DNA of 64,000 nt from Gracilinanus agilis (lineage: Eukaryota), in the NCBI RefSeq assembly GCF_016433145.1, contig NC_058131.1, positions 107,797,610-107,861,609 of the forward strand, in the 5' to 3' direction. Positions 38,305-49,169 of the stretch are shown here, piece by piece. The notes under the pieces were generated by a model. The model had not been told where the DNA came from and did no database searches. It worked only from the letters and a program-made list of their open reading frames with translations. The translations under genes were made by a program, and so were the position numbers. Every line of letters begins with the position of its first letter. The stretch's first letter is position 1.

Positions 38305-38480
38305 ATGTTATATCATTTGATCCTCAGAATAATCCTTTAAGGTATATACTCTTATGATCCTCATTTTATAGATGAGGAAACTGAGGTAGATCATATTTTA
38401 TGATTTGCTCATGATCATAGAAATAGTATCTGAAAACAGATCAAAACTCTGGTCATTCCAGATTTAGTGCTTTGGACACA
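38305..38480 (-). mobile_element. MIR SINE
   Basis: catttgatcctcagaataatcc...cattttatagatgaggaaactgagg. Confidence 0.7.
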
Positions 38481-41400
38481 GTACAATCCAGGATATTCAA
38501 TCTTCTGTGACTTGTTAAATTGAAAGCAAACAACATACCCAAAATGTCCAAATGATTCAGCTGTTTCAATAGAAACTTAAAAAAAGCAAAATAAATAAAC
38601 CTGACCCAAGCTAAATAAGAAGTAATCTGTCATAATAGTTTCTCTTTTCCTGAACACTAAGAGAGCTCTGAGATATTCTTCATGAAAATTCATTTTCATC
38701 AAAATGTCTCCATCTACATAAATGAAGGCATCTTGTGGCCATAATATACTGTATGTCAGCTCTTGGCTGAAAGGTTATTTCCGCTTAAGTAATTAGCAGA
38801 AATAATATAATTTTGAAAGGAAGTTGACAGATAATGTGGTGTAGAAATGGAGCCATAAACAGCACTGAATCAACATGTTGACATGGGTGGAAGAGATAGC
38901 TTCTCGAAAAGGCACGCTTCTGTGGTTTCTTCCCTTTTAAAATTGCCATCTTAATGGGCTTCTGGAGACATGGGGTACAACTGTTTCTACATCTCCAAGG
39001 ACTTTCTAAATACCTTCCTGTCATACCACCATTCTCCAGTTTTTATCAAATTGTCTTCTTTACCTCCAGGCAAGTGCATCACCACCACTTGAGTCCTCCT
39101 TACAACCACCCCTGATTCTGACCAACCTAACTTACCACAGATGTAATGACACCTTTTTAAATTTGTAGGCAGAAACAGTTTTGATTATAGTATTCAGAAA
39201 AGCTTGTTTCTTTTTCTTCTCTGCCACAAAACATCTGTCAGCTTAAATAAGTATTATTTCTCTTTGATTCAGTTTCATCATCTTCTCAAATGAGGATAGC
39301 CTAAATAACATCCTTCTCAACATTAAATTTTTGTGACCTCACTGAAACTTTGAATTTATGTGACATAAATTATATTTTCCAAAGTCTTTTAAAGGCACAC
39401 ATAAATTTAGTAATATGTGTATGTTGAGTAATACATGTGTGTGGCAGATTCAGGAAAATATCACACGGAGATCATCAGTTTAATACATATTCACAGAGAA
39501 GCTACCTGAAGCTCACATATATGTAGTTCTATTTTTGAGGAGAAAGATGAAAAATAGGACTGGGAGAGTTCCAGTAGCTAAGAAGACCTTGGGAAAAATC
39601 AACACTTAATGTATTGGGTTGGCAGGCAAAGAAGATGAGGATATTTAACAAAGAGAAAGAGTTCCAATGAAGGGCAATTTCTACAGTTGAGAATCTTCAA
39701 GATTTTTGCCTTTAATGGTGATTTAAGTGAATATAATAGGAAATACAGAATTAGGATCTTAAAAACAGAAAAAATTTGGAGACTATTTATAAGATTTAAA
39801 TTCTCTTGACACTGTATATTAATTTATAATTATTTATTAAGTAGTGAAAGTGGGTTAGAGAAAAAAAGGAGTATAACAAAATGGCAATCTGAGCTCTGAG
39901 CTCACAGCTCACCTCTTATCTGTTCATTAGGGGAAAAAAAGGCTGAGTACTGCCTCTCCAGGAAAGAAAAGAATCTACATTGCTACCTAAGAAAGAGAAA
40001 GCAAACTTTTCCAATCAAAATGTATAACTCCAGTGACATCACTTTTTCTGGGTCTCCCTTGTTAGACAGATTTGACCTCAGCCTGGGTCAGAGACTATAC
40101 TTGCAGACCTCAGGAATCATGTGGGACAAGAGGCAAGAAACTTCCAGGACCAAGGAGCTACAAGGTCATCCCCTTTAATCAGATAAACCTTAGGCATTTT
40201 TCTAACCCAGGCAAAGAGTGGGGATGAGACCAAAATGGATTTTCAAAACTTTCCTTTAAAAAGGAAAAGGGGGTACAGGTTTATTTTAAATTCACACACT
40301 ATCTAGCTCAAACCTCACCTTTTATAAATCATAAAACCAAAGACCTTAGATGTTAAGTAATTGGCTCAGAATCACACTGGCATTTAATAACAGAGGAAGG
40401 TCTCTTTACTTAAATTGCATGCTCTTTCCACTATATCAGGTTGTCCTTGAATTATATTAACTAAAAGGTACATAGCATCAAAGAAAACTCGATACTACTG
40501 TTTATCATAATGGAAAACTAATAAAATAAGAATTAATTTTTCTATTATTTCATTACAACTTTAAATTATACATATATATACATATATATGTTCACTCCTT
40601 TCTTTTCATGTAATATGTTTATATCTTAAAGAAAAAAATAATTAGAAAAAACAGTGACACAGAATATTCACTAATAACAAGGAGTTAAATACACAAGTGA
40701 CAGTCCCTCTCTGGTGTATATGTATCCCCTTGTGGAATGCACAGCAAGCAAAAATAACAATTCTTGGTCTTCTGCAGAGATTTTTGGACACTTTCTGAAA
40801 TGCCAGGTACTGCATCCTTTTAGGATTTACCTTTTCACATATGGACTTGTGTTTTGTACTTCATTGGAAATTAATAGTAAGTGGGATCCAAGCAAACCCA
40901 GAAAGTCTTGATAATTCTCAAAAACAAGGTCAAAAATTGTGCATATCAGAATGATAGAGGTAATTATTTTTATTGCAGCAAAAACATGCTTTCAAATATT
41001 TCATTAATATAATGGAGAAAACAAAAACTTCAACTTGGACAGAAAATAGATTTGTTTGTTACTATTGTGTCAGTTAACATTCCACCCCATTCCACCCCCA
41101 CATATTCACTTAGGATTACTTCTGCAAGAAGCCATAATGTGTGCAGCTATTTTTATTTCCCTCACTTTCACACTGGCATATGCCTTCAGCAATTATCCAA
41201 GACAATCAATCAGGCACCAGATATATGTCTGTATGTATTGACTGGTGTGTGTGTGTATGTGAAGTATGCCTGTGAAGTATTGGACAACAAAGAGAAATTA
41301 CTTTTTTCTATTTGGATTATGCCAATTCTCAAAGTTTTAATAACTAAAAAAATAATGCATTAATGTTGCCTTTTTTACTCTGCAAGGCACTAAGCTGGGT

Positions 41401-41844
41401 GATTATCAAATTATCTTTGAAATTTCTGATTTGTAGTCAGATCACATTATGTAAGTCTTTTTTCATATTATTTTCATTTGAAATAAGATGATGATGTTTT
41501 CAAAATTAGATTTATGGGAAAATATATATTATTAAACATCATGGCAGGATATCTGTGCTAATCAGTATTTGTTTAAGCTACTTTCCCACTTTTTTCTTTA
41601 GAGGACTTAGATTAATTCATTCTTATGATGCAGATCTACTTTATGTCACTTTTTGTTTCCAATAATGTTTACAAACGTTTAAAAGAAAAATACCCATAGT
41701 AAAGAAGAGAAAGAGAACATGCTGAAAATGGTGATTTAGTTATGACTACTGCTTTCAAATTTAACAGAAAGTCTTTAAATTTATAAATTCAATAAACATT
41801 TGTTGGGCATCATAAATCACACTTTCCAAGTAAGAATTATAAGG

Positions 41845-42090
41845 CATAAATCAATCATTCAACTGGCAAGCACTTAGTAAGAGTCTAAAAAGTAAAGGCT
41901 CTGAGTCAAGTGGTAGGGATAAAAAGAGACAAGCAAAACAGCCATTGCTTTCAATAAGTTTACTTTCTAATGGTAGAGACTAAACATACCTATCAAAGAA
42001 TACACAGGATATTGTTAGATAAATACAAGGTAATTTTGGAAGGAAAGCCACTAGCATTTCAGAGGATTAAGAAACATTTCTTAAAGAAGC
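41845..42090 (-). mobile_element. L2 3' region
   Basis: aatcaatcattcaactggcaagcacttagtaagagt...agccattgctttcaataagtttactttctaatgg. Confidence 0.6.
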
Positions 42091-42289
42091 TTAAAAAAGG
42101 TGGAAAAAAGAGATTTCAAAACCAACAGGTAAAGAAGGAACTAACTTACTCATTTTGTTGGACTACAGATAGGCTTTAGAGGCATTTAAAATTAATGTAT
42201 ATCTAAAACAATGTTCTTTTTTAACAAATAAGGAAATCGAGGCACAGAGCAATTAAGTTCTATGCCCAATGTTAAGCTGATATTCAAAA

Positions 42290-43885
42290 AATATCAAGGG
42301 ATGGAAAAAAGGTACACTGAGAGAGGAAAGAAAAGGAAAGACAGAGGGTATAAATTATCACACATAAAGAGGTGTCTAAGACTCCATATAGGGTAGGAGA
42401 AGATCAGTGTGTATGGCAGAAAATGCTTGAACTTTATTTACTCTCTTCAGAACTACTTCAAAGTGTGAATAACAGCAACACTCAGTCAGATAGACACCTA
42501 CCTTACTCTACGAGGAAGAGGGAAAGGGGATAAAAGAAGGGTGGGAGTGGTGGACAAAAAGGATGGCACATTGTAGAAGGTGGTTGTCAGAAGCAAAACA
42601 TTTGTAAATAGGTAAAGCTGAAAGGAGACAGAGAGAAAGGTAAACATGGGGAAATAACATGGAGGGGAACACACTTAATAATCATATCTGTAAATGTGAA
42701 TGAGATAAATTCACCAAAGAAATGGAAAAGGATAACAGAGTGGATTAAAAACCAAAATCTCACAATATGATGTCTATGGGAAACATTTAAAGAAGGGAGG
42801 CACACATGAGTTAAAAGTAAAGGCCTGGAGCAGAATTTATTATGATTCAGCCAAAGTAAAAAAAAAAAAAAAGCAGGGGTAACAATCATGAACTCAGACA
42901 AAACTAAAGTAAAAAAAAAATCTTACAAGAAGAGATGGGGAAGGAAATTACACCTTGATTAAAGGTACCCATATCAATCAATATAATAACAATAATAAAC
43001 AAATATGCACAAAATAGAATAACATTCAGATTCCTAAAGGAGAATTTACATGAGTTGCAGGAGGAAAGAGATAGTAAAATATTACTATTGGGGGACCTCA
43101 ATCTTCCTCTCTCAGAAAGAGATAAATAGAATTAAAAAATGAACAATAAAGAAATTAATTATGATAAACAGAACTACTTAAAAGCTATTTTGAAAGGTCT
43201 CTGGATAAAACTAAATGGGAATAGAAAGGAATTTACATTTCTCTCAAAAATATATGACACCTTTACAAAAACTGACCTTATAACAGGGCATAAACATCTC
43301 ACAAGCAAATGTAGAAATGTTAAATGCATTCTTTTTAGGCAATTAAGCAATAAAAGTTATATTCAACAAATGGCAGTAAAAAGAAAGACTAAAAGTTAAT
43401 TTGATACTGAATAAACAAATCCTAAAGAATGAATGGATCAAAGAATAAATCATAGAAACAATTAATAATTTCATTAAAGGGAATGACAATGAGGAAAAAA
43501 CATACAGAAATTTATGAGATACAGTCAAAACTGTATTTAGGGGAAAATTTATATCTCAAAATGGTTACATTAATAAAACAGAGAAAGAATATATCAATGA
43601 ATTAGGGGTGCAACAAAAAAAAGCAGAATAGGAACAAATTAAAAACCTCCAATTAAACACCAAATTATAAATCCTGAAATTCAAAGGAGAGATGAATAAA
43701 ATAGGAAGTAAAGAGATCACTGAATTCATAAATACCACAGGAACTTGTTTTATGAAAAATTAAGTAAAATGAGATAAACCATTGGTTAGTTTGATTTAAA
43801 AAAGTGAAGAAGAAAAGCAAATTACCATTATCAATATTAAAAAATGTGAAATCATGACTAATGAAGAAGAAATTAAAGCGATTAA
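42290..43885 (+). mobile_element. Old LINE-1: inter-ORF spacer and ORF2 endonuclease region (decayed)
   Basis: ORF2 start near 42659; EWIKNQN, KVKAWSRIY, KAGVTIM, ggggacctcaatcttcctctctcaga (GDLN) endonuclease motifs; antisense ORFs 42587..43528 are by-products. Confidence 0.92.
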
Positions 43886-43904
43886 TTTGAATTCAAATTT
43901 GAAT

Positions 43905-44205
43905 TTGAACACTATCCACATTCAGAGGAAAAACTATGGCAGTAGGAACACAGAAGAAAAACAACTGCTTGAACACATGGGTTGTTGCAGATATGATTTA
44001 GGATGTAGACTCTAAACAACCACCCCAATTCAACTATCAACAATATGGAACTAGGTCTTGATCTATGACACATGTAAAAACCAGTGGAAATGTGCATCGG
44101 CTACATGTGGTGGGTGGGCAGAGGGAAGAGTAAGAACATAAATCATGTAACCATGGAAAAAATTATTATAAAATAAAAAAATTAAAAAACAAAACAAACA
44201 AAAAA
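43905..44205 (+). mobile_element. Young L1 3'UTR-only insertion nested in the old L1
   Basis: Same family as 31495-31779 (ccacattcagaggaa...gaagaaaaacaactgcttgaacacatggg...gagtaagaacat), A-rich tail. Confidence 0.9.
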
Positions 44206-44490
44206 TAAGGAACTATTGTAGTCTGATTGCAGAAAATACATCATCCTTCTCCTTATTTCTTTCATGATTGCTTTTTATATTTGTGATGCATGTCTTTAGG
44301 TTCAACATGGGGAATATGGAAATATTTACTGCATGAAAGCACTAATATTACTTCCATCAAACTATTTACTACTTCTAGCATGGGGAAGGAGAGGGAGGCA
44401 AAGAAGAAGACAATAGGAATTGAAAAATATCAGAAAATAATTCTGAAAATTTGTTTCTGCATGTAATTGAAAAAAAAAAGTTACATTTCA
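44206..44490 (+). mobile_element. Old L1 3' terminus
   Basis: gtctgattgcaga...ggaatatggaaatatttactgcatg...gcatgtaattgaaaaaaaaa resembles old marsupial L1 3'UTR ends. Confidence 0.6.
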
Positions 44491-44499
44491 AAAAGTCAG

Positions 44500-44750
44500 T
44501 GATACAGGTAAGTGGTACACTAGATAGAGAGATAGTTCAAGAGTCAAGAAGTCCTGAGTTTAAATGTGGTCTCAGATACCAGCTGTGTGATAATGGACAA
44601 GTCACTTAACAATTGTCTGCTTCAGTTTCCCCAATTGTAAAATGAGAATCATAATAGTACTTCCCTCCCAAAATTATTGTCAGAATTGAATTAGATTAAA
44701 AAATATAAAGCACTTAGCATAGTACATGGTACTTAATGATGCTTCTTCCC
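44500..44750 (+). mobile_element. MIR SINE (marsupial form)
   Basis: gagtcaagaagtcctgagtttaaat...aagtcacttaac...cagtttccccaattgtaaaatgag...cttcccttcc. Confidence 0.75.
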
Positions 44751-46049
44751 TTCCTTTCCCTCAAAGAGGTCCTGAATTATAGTGGTTGCTACAGATGGAA
44801 AGGAGTCAATGGATGTATAAGAAATAATGTGCTCTTGTAAATAAGCCAGACCCATGAATATCCAACCACACACCATCTTTTTATAATCCTTCAATGATGT
44901 TCTGTTGAAAAGATAAAAAGCTTAAATTCTTTTCAAACCCTTCTTATATACAGAAATGATCTGAACCAACTCTGATAGGTATTTGTATTAAAATTGTAGT
45001 CACCTACAAATGGAAAAGTTTAGGGTCAAATAATTTTATATCAAAATGTAAGTTAAATTATTGTGGCATCCCCAAAAGAGGTAGAATTTCATGTGGAGAA
45101 TGGTTGGATTCGTTTTAATCTTATAGATAGTTTGACTGAAAACAAACAAAATCCTTTAGATTTATAATGAAAGTGAAGTCAACCATTACAGAGTTAAGAT
45201 TACTTCCTGTGATGCTATTTTTTGAATGTAATTCTGAAGAGTACCACTAGTGCAATGAGTGATAGATGGTAGCCATTTAAAAAAAGATTTTATTTGCTAT
45301 AATTTGATTTTTTCAGTCCCCAGATCAGAGGTCCCATTTTAATTTTCATTACTGACTAGTGGATTATAATAATGTACTAAATCCTTCTTTAGCAATAGAA
45401 ATGTGTTTTTATTATCCAGCCAACTTGATTTTCTATTTCCATGATGATTCTTAAGTTAGACATTCTGTCTTCTCTCAACATATTCCAAAATTGGAAGGTG
45501 GCATGTATAGTCCCTATTTTATTTGTATAACTTTTGTGAGAAGTTATTTTGTTTGGATTATATGTTCATGTGTTGTGTTAAAACAAAATTTTAATAAAAA
45601 TAAATTTCATATTGCAAAAAAGAACATGAGATATCTTAGAAAAGACAAATTAAATCTGTTGATTAATATAATATAGAAATAATAATTTAGAGATAGACCA
45701 TAAATTGTTGTTTTTTTGTAAAGAATTAAAGAGTAAATGGAATAGCTCTGGATGATCTCTGAAACCCATTTGCCATGGCAAATATTGGCATGGAGGTTGT
45801 TATATTCAGATGTATATGAAGTATAACCCAGAAGTTTGGAAAGTGTCCAGAATGGCATCTCTCCATTTTTTACATGAGACACCATATACTGCCTTGGATT
45901 ACTTAACTACTTATGATAAAATTTTGTCTGCCCAAAGAGACTGTTCTCTGAGGGCATTTAAGAGCTCTTTTTTTATTCCCAGTGGAGACCTTCCAAGAAT
46001 AGTTGCTGAATAATATTTGACAAATTGAATTGCAAAATCTCAAGTGGAG

Positions 46050-46335
46050 TGAGGGAACTCAGAGATCATCTAACGGCACCAATCCCTCCCTATCAAGAAT
46101 CTTCCATATACCATACTTGACAAGCTTTCATCTAGTATGTGGGAGTTCAGTATGGCCGGAGACAACTAGTCCCACAATGGAATAGCCCTAACCATGATGA
46201 GTCCTTTATTTTCTCTTAAATTTACCTCTTTGCAACTTAAAGCCTTGACACCCACTTGCCCCCTTTGGAGTAAACAGAAAGAGTTTAGTCACTTCTGAAA
46301 GATAGTCTTCCAAGTATTTGAAGGCAATTTATAAT
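46050..46335 (-). mobile_element. CR1/L3 3' end
   Basis: agagatcatctaac...tttacctctttgcaactt...gatagtcttccaagtatttgaaggca. Confidence 0.6.
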
Positions 46336-46404
46336 CCAAAATGACTTTTGCTATAGGGTGTACCCTGATCTTAGAATATTGGACAAATAATCTACAAAGG
46401 AAAG

Positions 46405-46635
46405 AAGGTTAAAAAATTGTTAAGTATCTCCTATGTGCCATGAATACACTTAAATAATATTTCATTTGATCCTCAGAACAACTCTGGAAAATAGGTGCTA
46501 CTATTTTCTTATTTTACAGTTGAAGAAACTGTAGGTAGAGATAGATTTAATTAACTCAGGATCAAATAATTTGTGTCTCAGGCCAGATTTTACTCCTCTT
46601 CCTGATTCCAGGCTTTTCCCTCTTATCCACTGAAA
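46405..46635 (-). mobile_element. MIR SINE
   Basis: catttgatcctcagaacaactctgg...attttacagttgaagaaactg...tcctgattccagg. Confidence 0.7.
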
Positions 46636-46650
46636 TGTCTAGATAAAGTA

Positions 46651-46815
46651 GGGGCAGTTGGGAACCTCAGTGGATTGAGAGCCAAGTCTAGAGATAGGAA
46701 GTCCTAAGTTGAAATCTGACCTCAGGCACTTTCTAGATGTGTGACTCTGGGCAAGTCATTTAACCCCCATTTTCTAGCCCTTCCTACTTGTAGAAGGTAA
46801 GGGTTTTAAAAAATA
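46651..46815 (+). mobile_element. Opossum tRNA-derived SINE (older)
   Basis: ggggcagttgggaacctcagtggattgagagccaag...gtgtgactctgggcaagtcatttaacccccatt...gaaggtaagggttttaaaaaa. Confidence 0.9.
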
Positions 46816-46879
46816 AAAGGGGAGTGGAAAGATTAAGGTTTGAACAAAAGGACATATTGATAGAGAGAAAAAATAAAGA

Positions 46880-47070
46880 AAAAAGATATTGTAGAATTTT
46901 AGAGCTACAAGAGACTTTAGACCAATCTCTTTTTTCAAAGATGAGGAAAACAGCTCAGACAAGTTAAGTGATTTATCCTAGGTCACAGAGCCATATGAGA
47001 GCAGAGATGACACAAGAACTCAGAGGACCCAGTTCTCAATTCAAGCCTTTTTCTACACCACCATTCTGTG
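46880..47070 (-). mobile_element. MIR3-like SINE
   Basis: gaattttagagctacaagagactttagaccaatc...gatgaggaaaac...gttaagtgatttatcctaggtcacag. Confidence 0.65.
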
Positions 47071-48559
47071 ATTAATTTGCTTCACTCCATACTAGAGAAA
47101 AGGGTGGTATATATCTAAGGTATCATGTACACATTTTTAAGGGGATCATCATGTGCAGCAAGAATTTATAGTCAAAAGTAAGAAGAGCTATCAATCAATT
47201 TATAACCATTTATTAAGTGCTTCCTATGTTTCAGGCACTACGACAAGTGTTGGCACATTCTAGATTGATTTCAGACATGTTCTTTTTTTTCTTTGCCTTT
47301 TAAATGACCCTAAAATCCAACTGATTGCCTTTTCTTCTTCTTCCCTTGTGCAGAAAAACTCACACCTAAATATAAGCTATGAGAGGAAAGCGCAATATCT
47401 CTAAGGCATCTTTTGTTCAATTATGAACATAACCTTAAATTATCAAATTCTGTTACAATAAAACTTTAGGTACTTTAATTTTTTCACTGTTTAAATAAAT
47501 GTATCCTTAGAATTCATATCCTGAGACTGAATACAAGGTTAACATTCTGTTGCCCTGAATATATAATGAATTTTCAAGTAAAAAGTACATGGAAAATTCA
47601 GGGGCATGGCTTCTCCCATTTCTTAGGCAATTCCCAGCTCCCTAATCCTTTTTTCCTCCTTGACCCTTGGAAGAATTTTTCCCCTTTATTATACTAAGCT
47701 TTTAAATAGGTCACAGTGTTTATCAATGTTATCATTCCTGTTCTTGTTACTCAATCTGGTTAGAATCACTTGAGCTGTAAAGACAACCCCTGGTTAGATA
47801 ACTATGTATTTTTTCCTTGTCCATTTTTCTTAGATTTGACAACTGTGAATGTACACTTGGGAAAATAAAAGACCATTTTGGGCAAGTGCACTAGTGTATA
47901 TTATTCTTTGAAACTTAAGAAGAATCTTTGCCTGGTCCTCCAGCAATAGCTGAAGACTTTTCCAACTACAAATCAAAATAAGGATGTAAGCTGCCATCAT
48001 TTATCTATTAGTTTTAAGATGGGGAAAATAATGCAATTTTAATAAAAAGAACTTTGGTTATTTTCCCTTGCTTATTTTAATCTGTTATTTTATAAAATCA
48101 TAATAATTTACATTGTTTTATCAAGTGATTTATATAAAGATTAATATAAAGCTGATTATAATAGCAGAAATTATTTCAGATAATATATTATTTTACTAAT
48201 CAACTAAAATTGTATTTGCTTTTGTTTATTTTGTTTTCTTTTTGTGAGAAAATAATCTAACTGATTTTTTAAAAAGATAAAATTCTAATTATAGTTCAAC
48301 AAAATGTAGCTCAGAAAATTGTACGTGATGACAAATCACTATAGAAATCTCTCTTAGGGAAGGTATCATCTGGCACCAATTCAAGTCTCCATAGACTTGG
48401 ATTCTAATATCTAATGTGAGTTAAGGGGAAGAAAGAATAAAAAGTGAAATTATCTTCAAAATTCTGAAATGTGTAAAATGTCTTATGTAGAAAAATAATT
48501 TAGGTTCATGGGTTAAGCTAATTGAATTTAGCTTCTTGAAGGGGTAGAGAGGGAGGTAA

Positions 48560-48785
48560 CAATCATGAGAGGTGATGCAGGGTAGTTGATAAGAAAGTTA
48601 AATATGGAGTCAAGGTGACCTTAGGTACTTTTGAAACAAATTTCCTGAGACTCGATTTCCTGATCTGGAAAATAAGGATGATCATTTTCTTCTAGTTGTT
48701 GTGGGGGTGAAATGAGGGAATTCATGTAAAGTGCTTTGCAAACCTTAAAATCCTATATAAATTTTTGCTATTATTATTATTATCC
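48560..48785 (+). mobile_element. MIR SINE
   Basis: tttcctgatctggaaaataaggatg...gttgttgtgggggtgaaatgag...gtaaagtgctttgcaaaccttaaa...gctattattatt. Confidence 0.65.
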
Positions 48786-49169
48786 TTGCTAATTACAGGA
48801 TAATTCTGACCTTCTGAGAATGTTCATTTCTACCATATTTACTCACCTTTAAGAAAGTCTTATTAAATATCAATTGATTTGAAAATCATAGTCTGAAGCA
48901 AATTCAACTGGGCAGCTGTGTACAAAGCAACGTTTAATACAACTTTCCTATTTTGTAAGTATTTATGGAATAACAGTAAATAAAGCAATTTTTATTGTAA
49001 CCAGATTTTATTTGAACTGATGGCTCCATTATTCATAGACAAATAAATGCTTGTTCAATGAAAGAGTGAATGAGCAATTTTTTTTAAAGAACATACCTTC
49101 TAATGTAAAATCACATTACATGTTTATTGATGGGATAGTGGTAATGATGAAGCAACTAGATAGAGTGGT

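Noticed and set aside
45768-45783. 16 bp perfect palindrome atttgccatggcaaat
   Set aside because: 8 bp arms are expected a few times by chance in this window.
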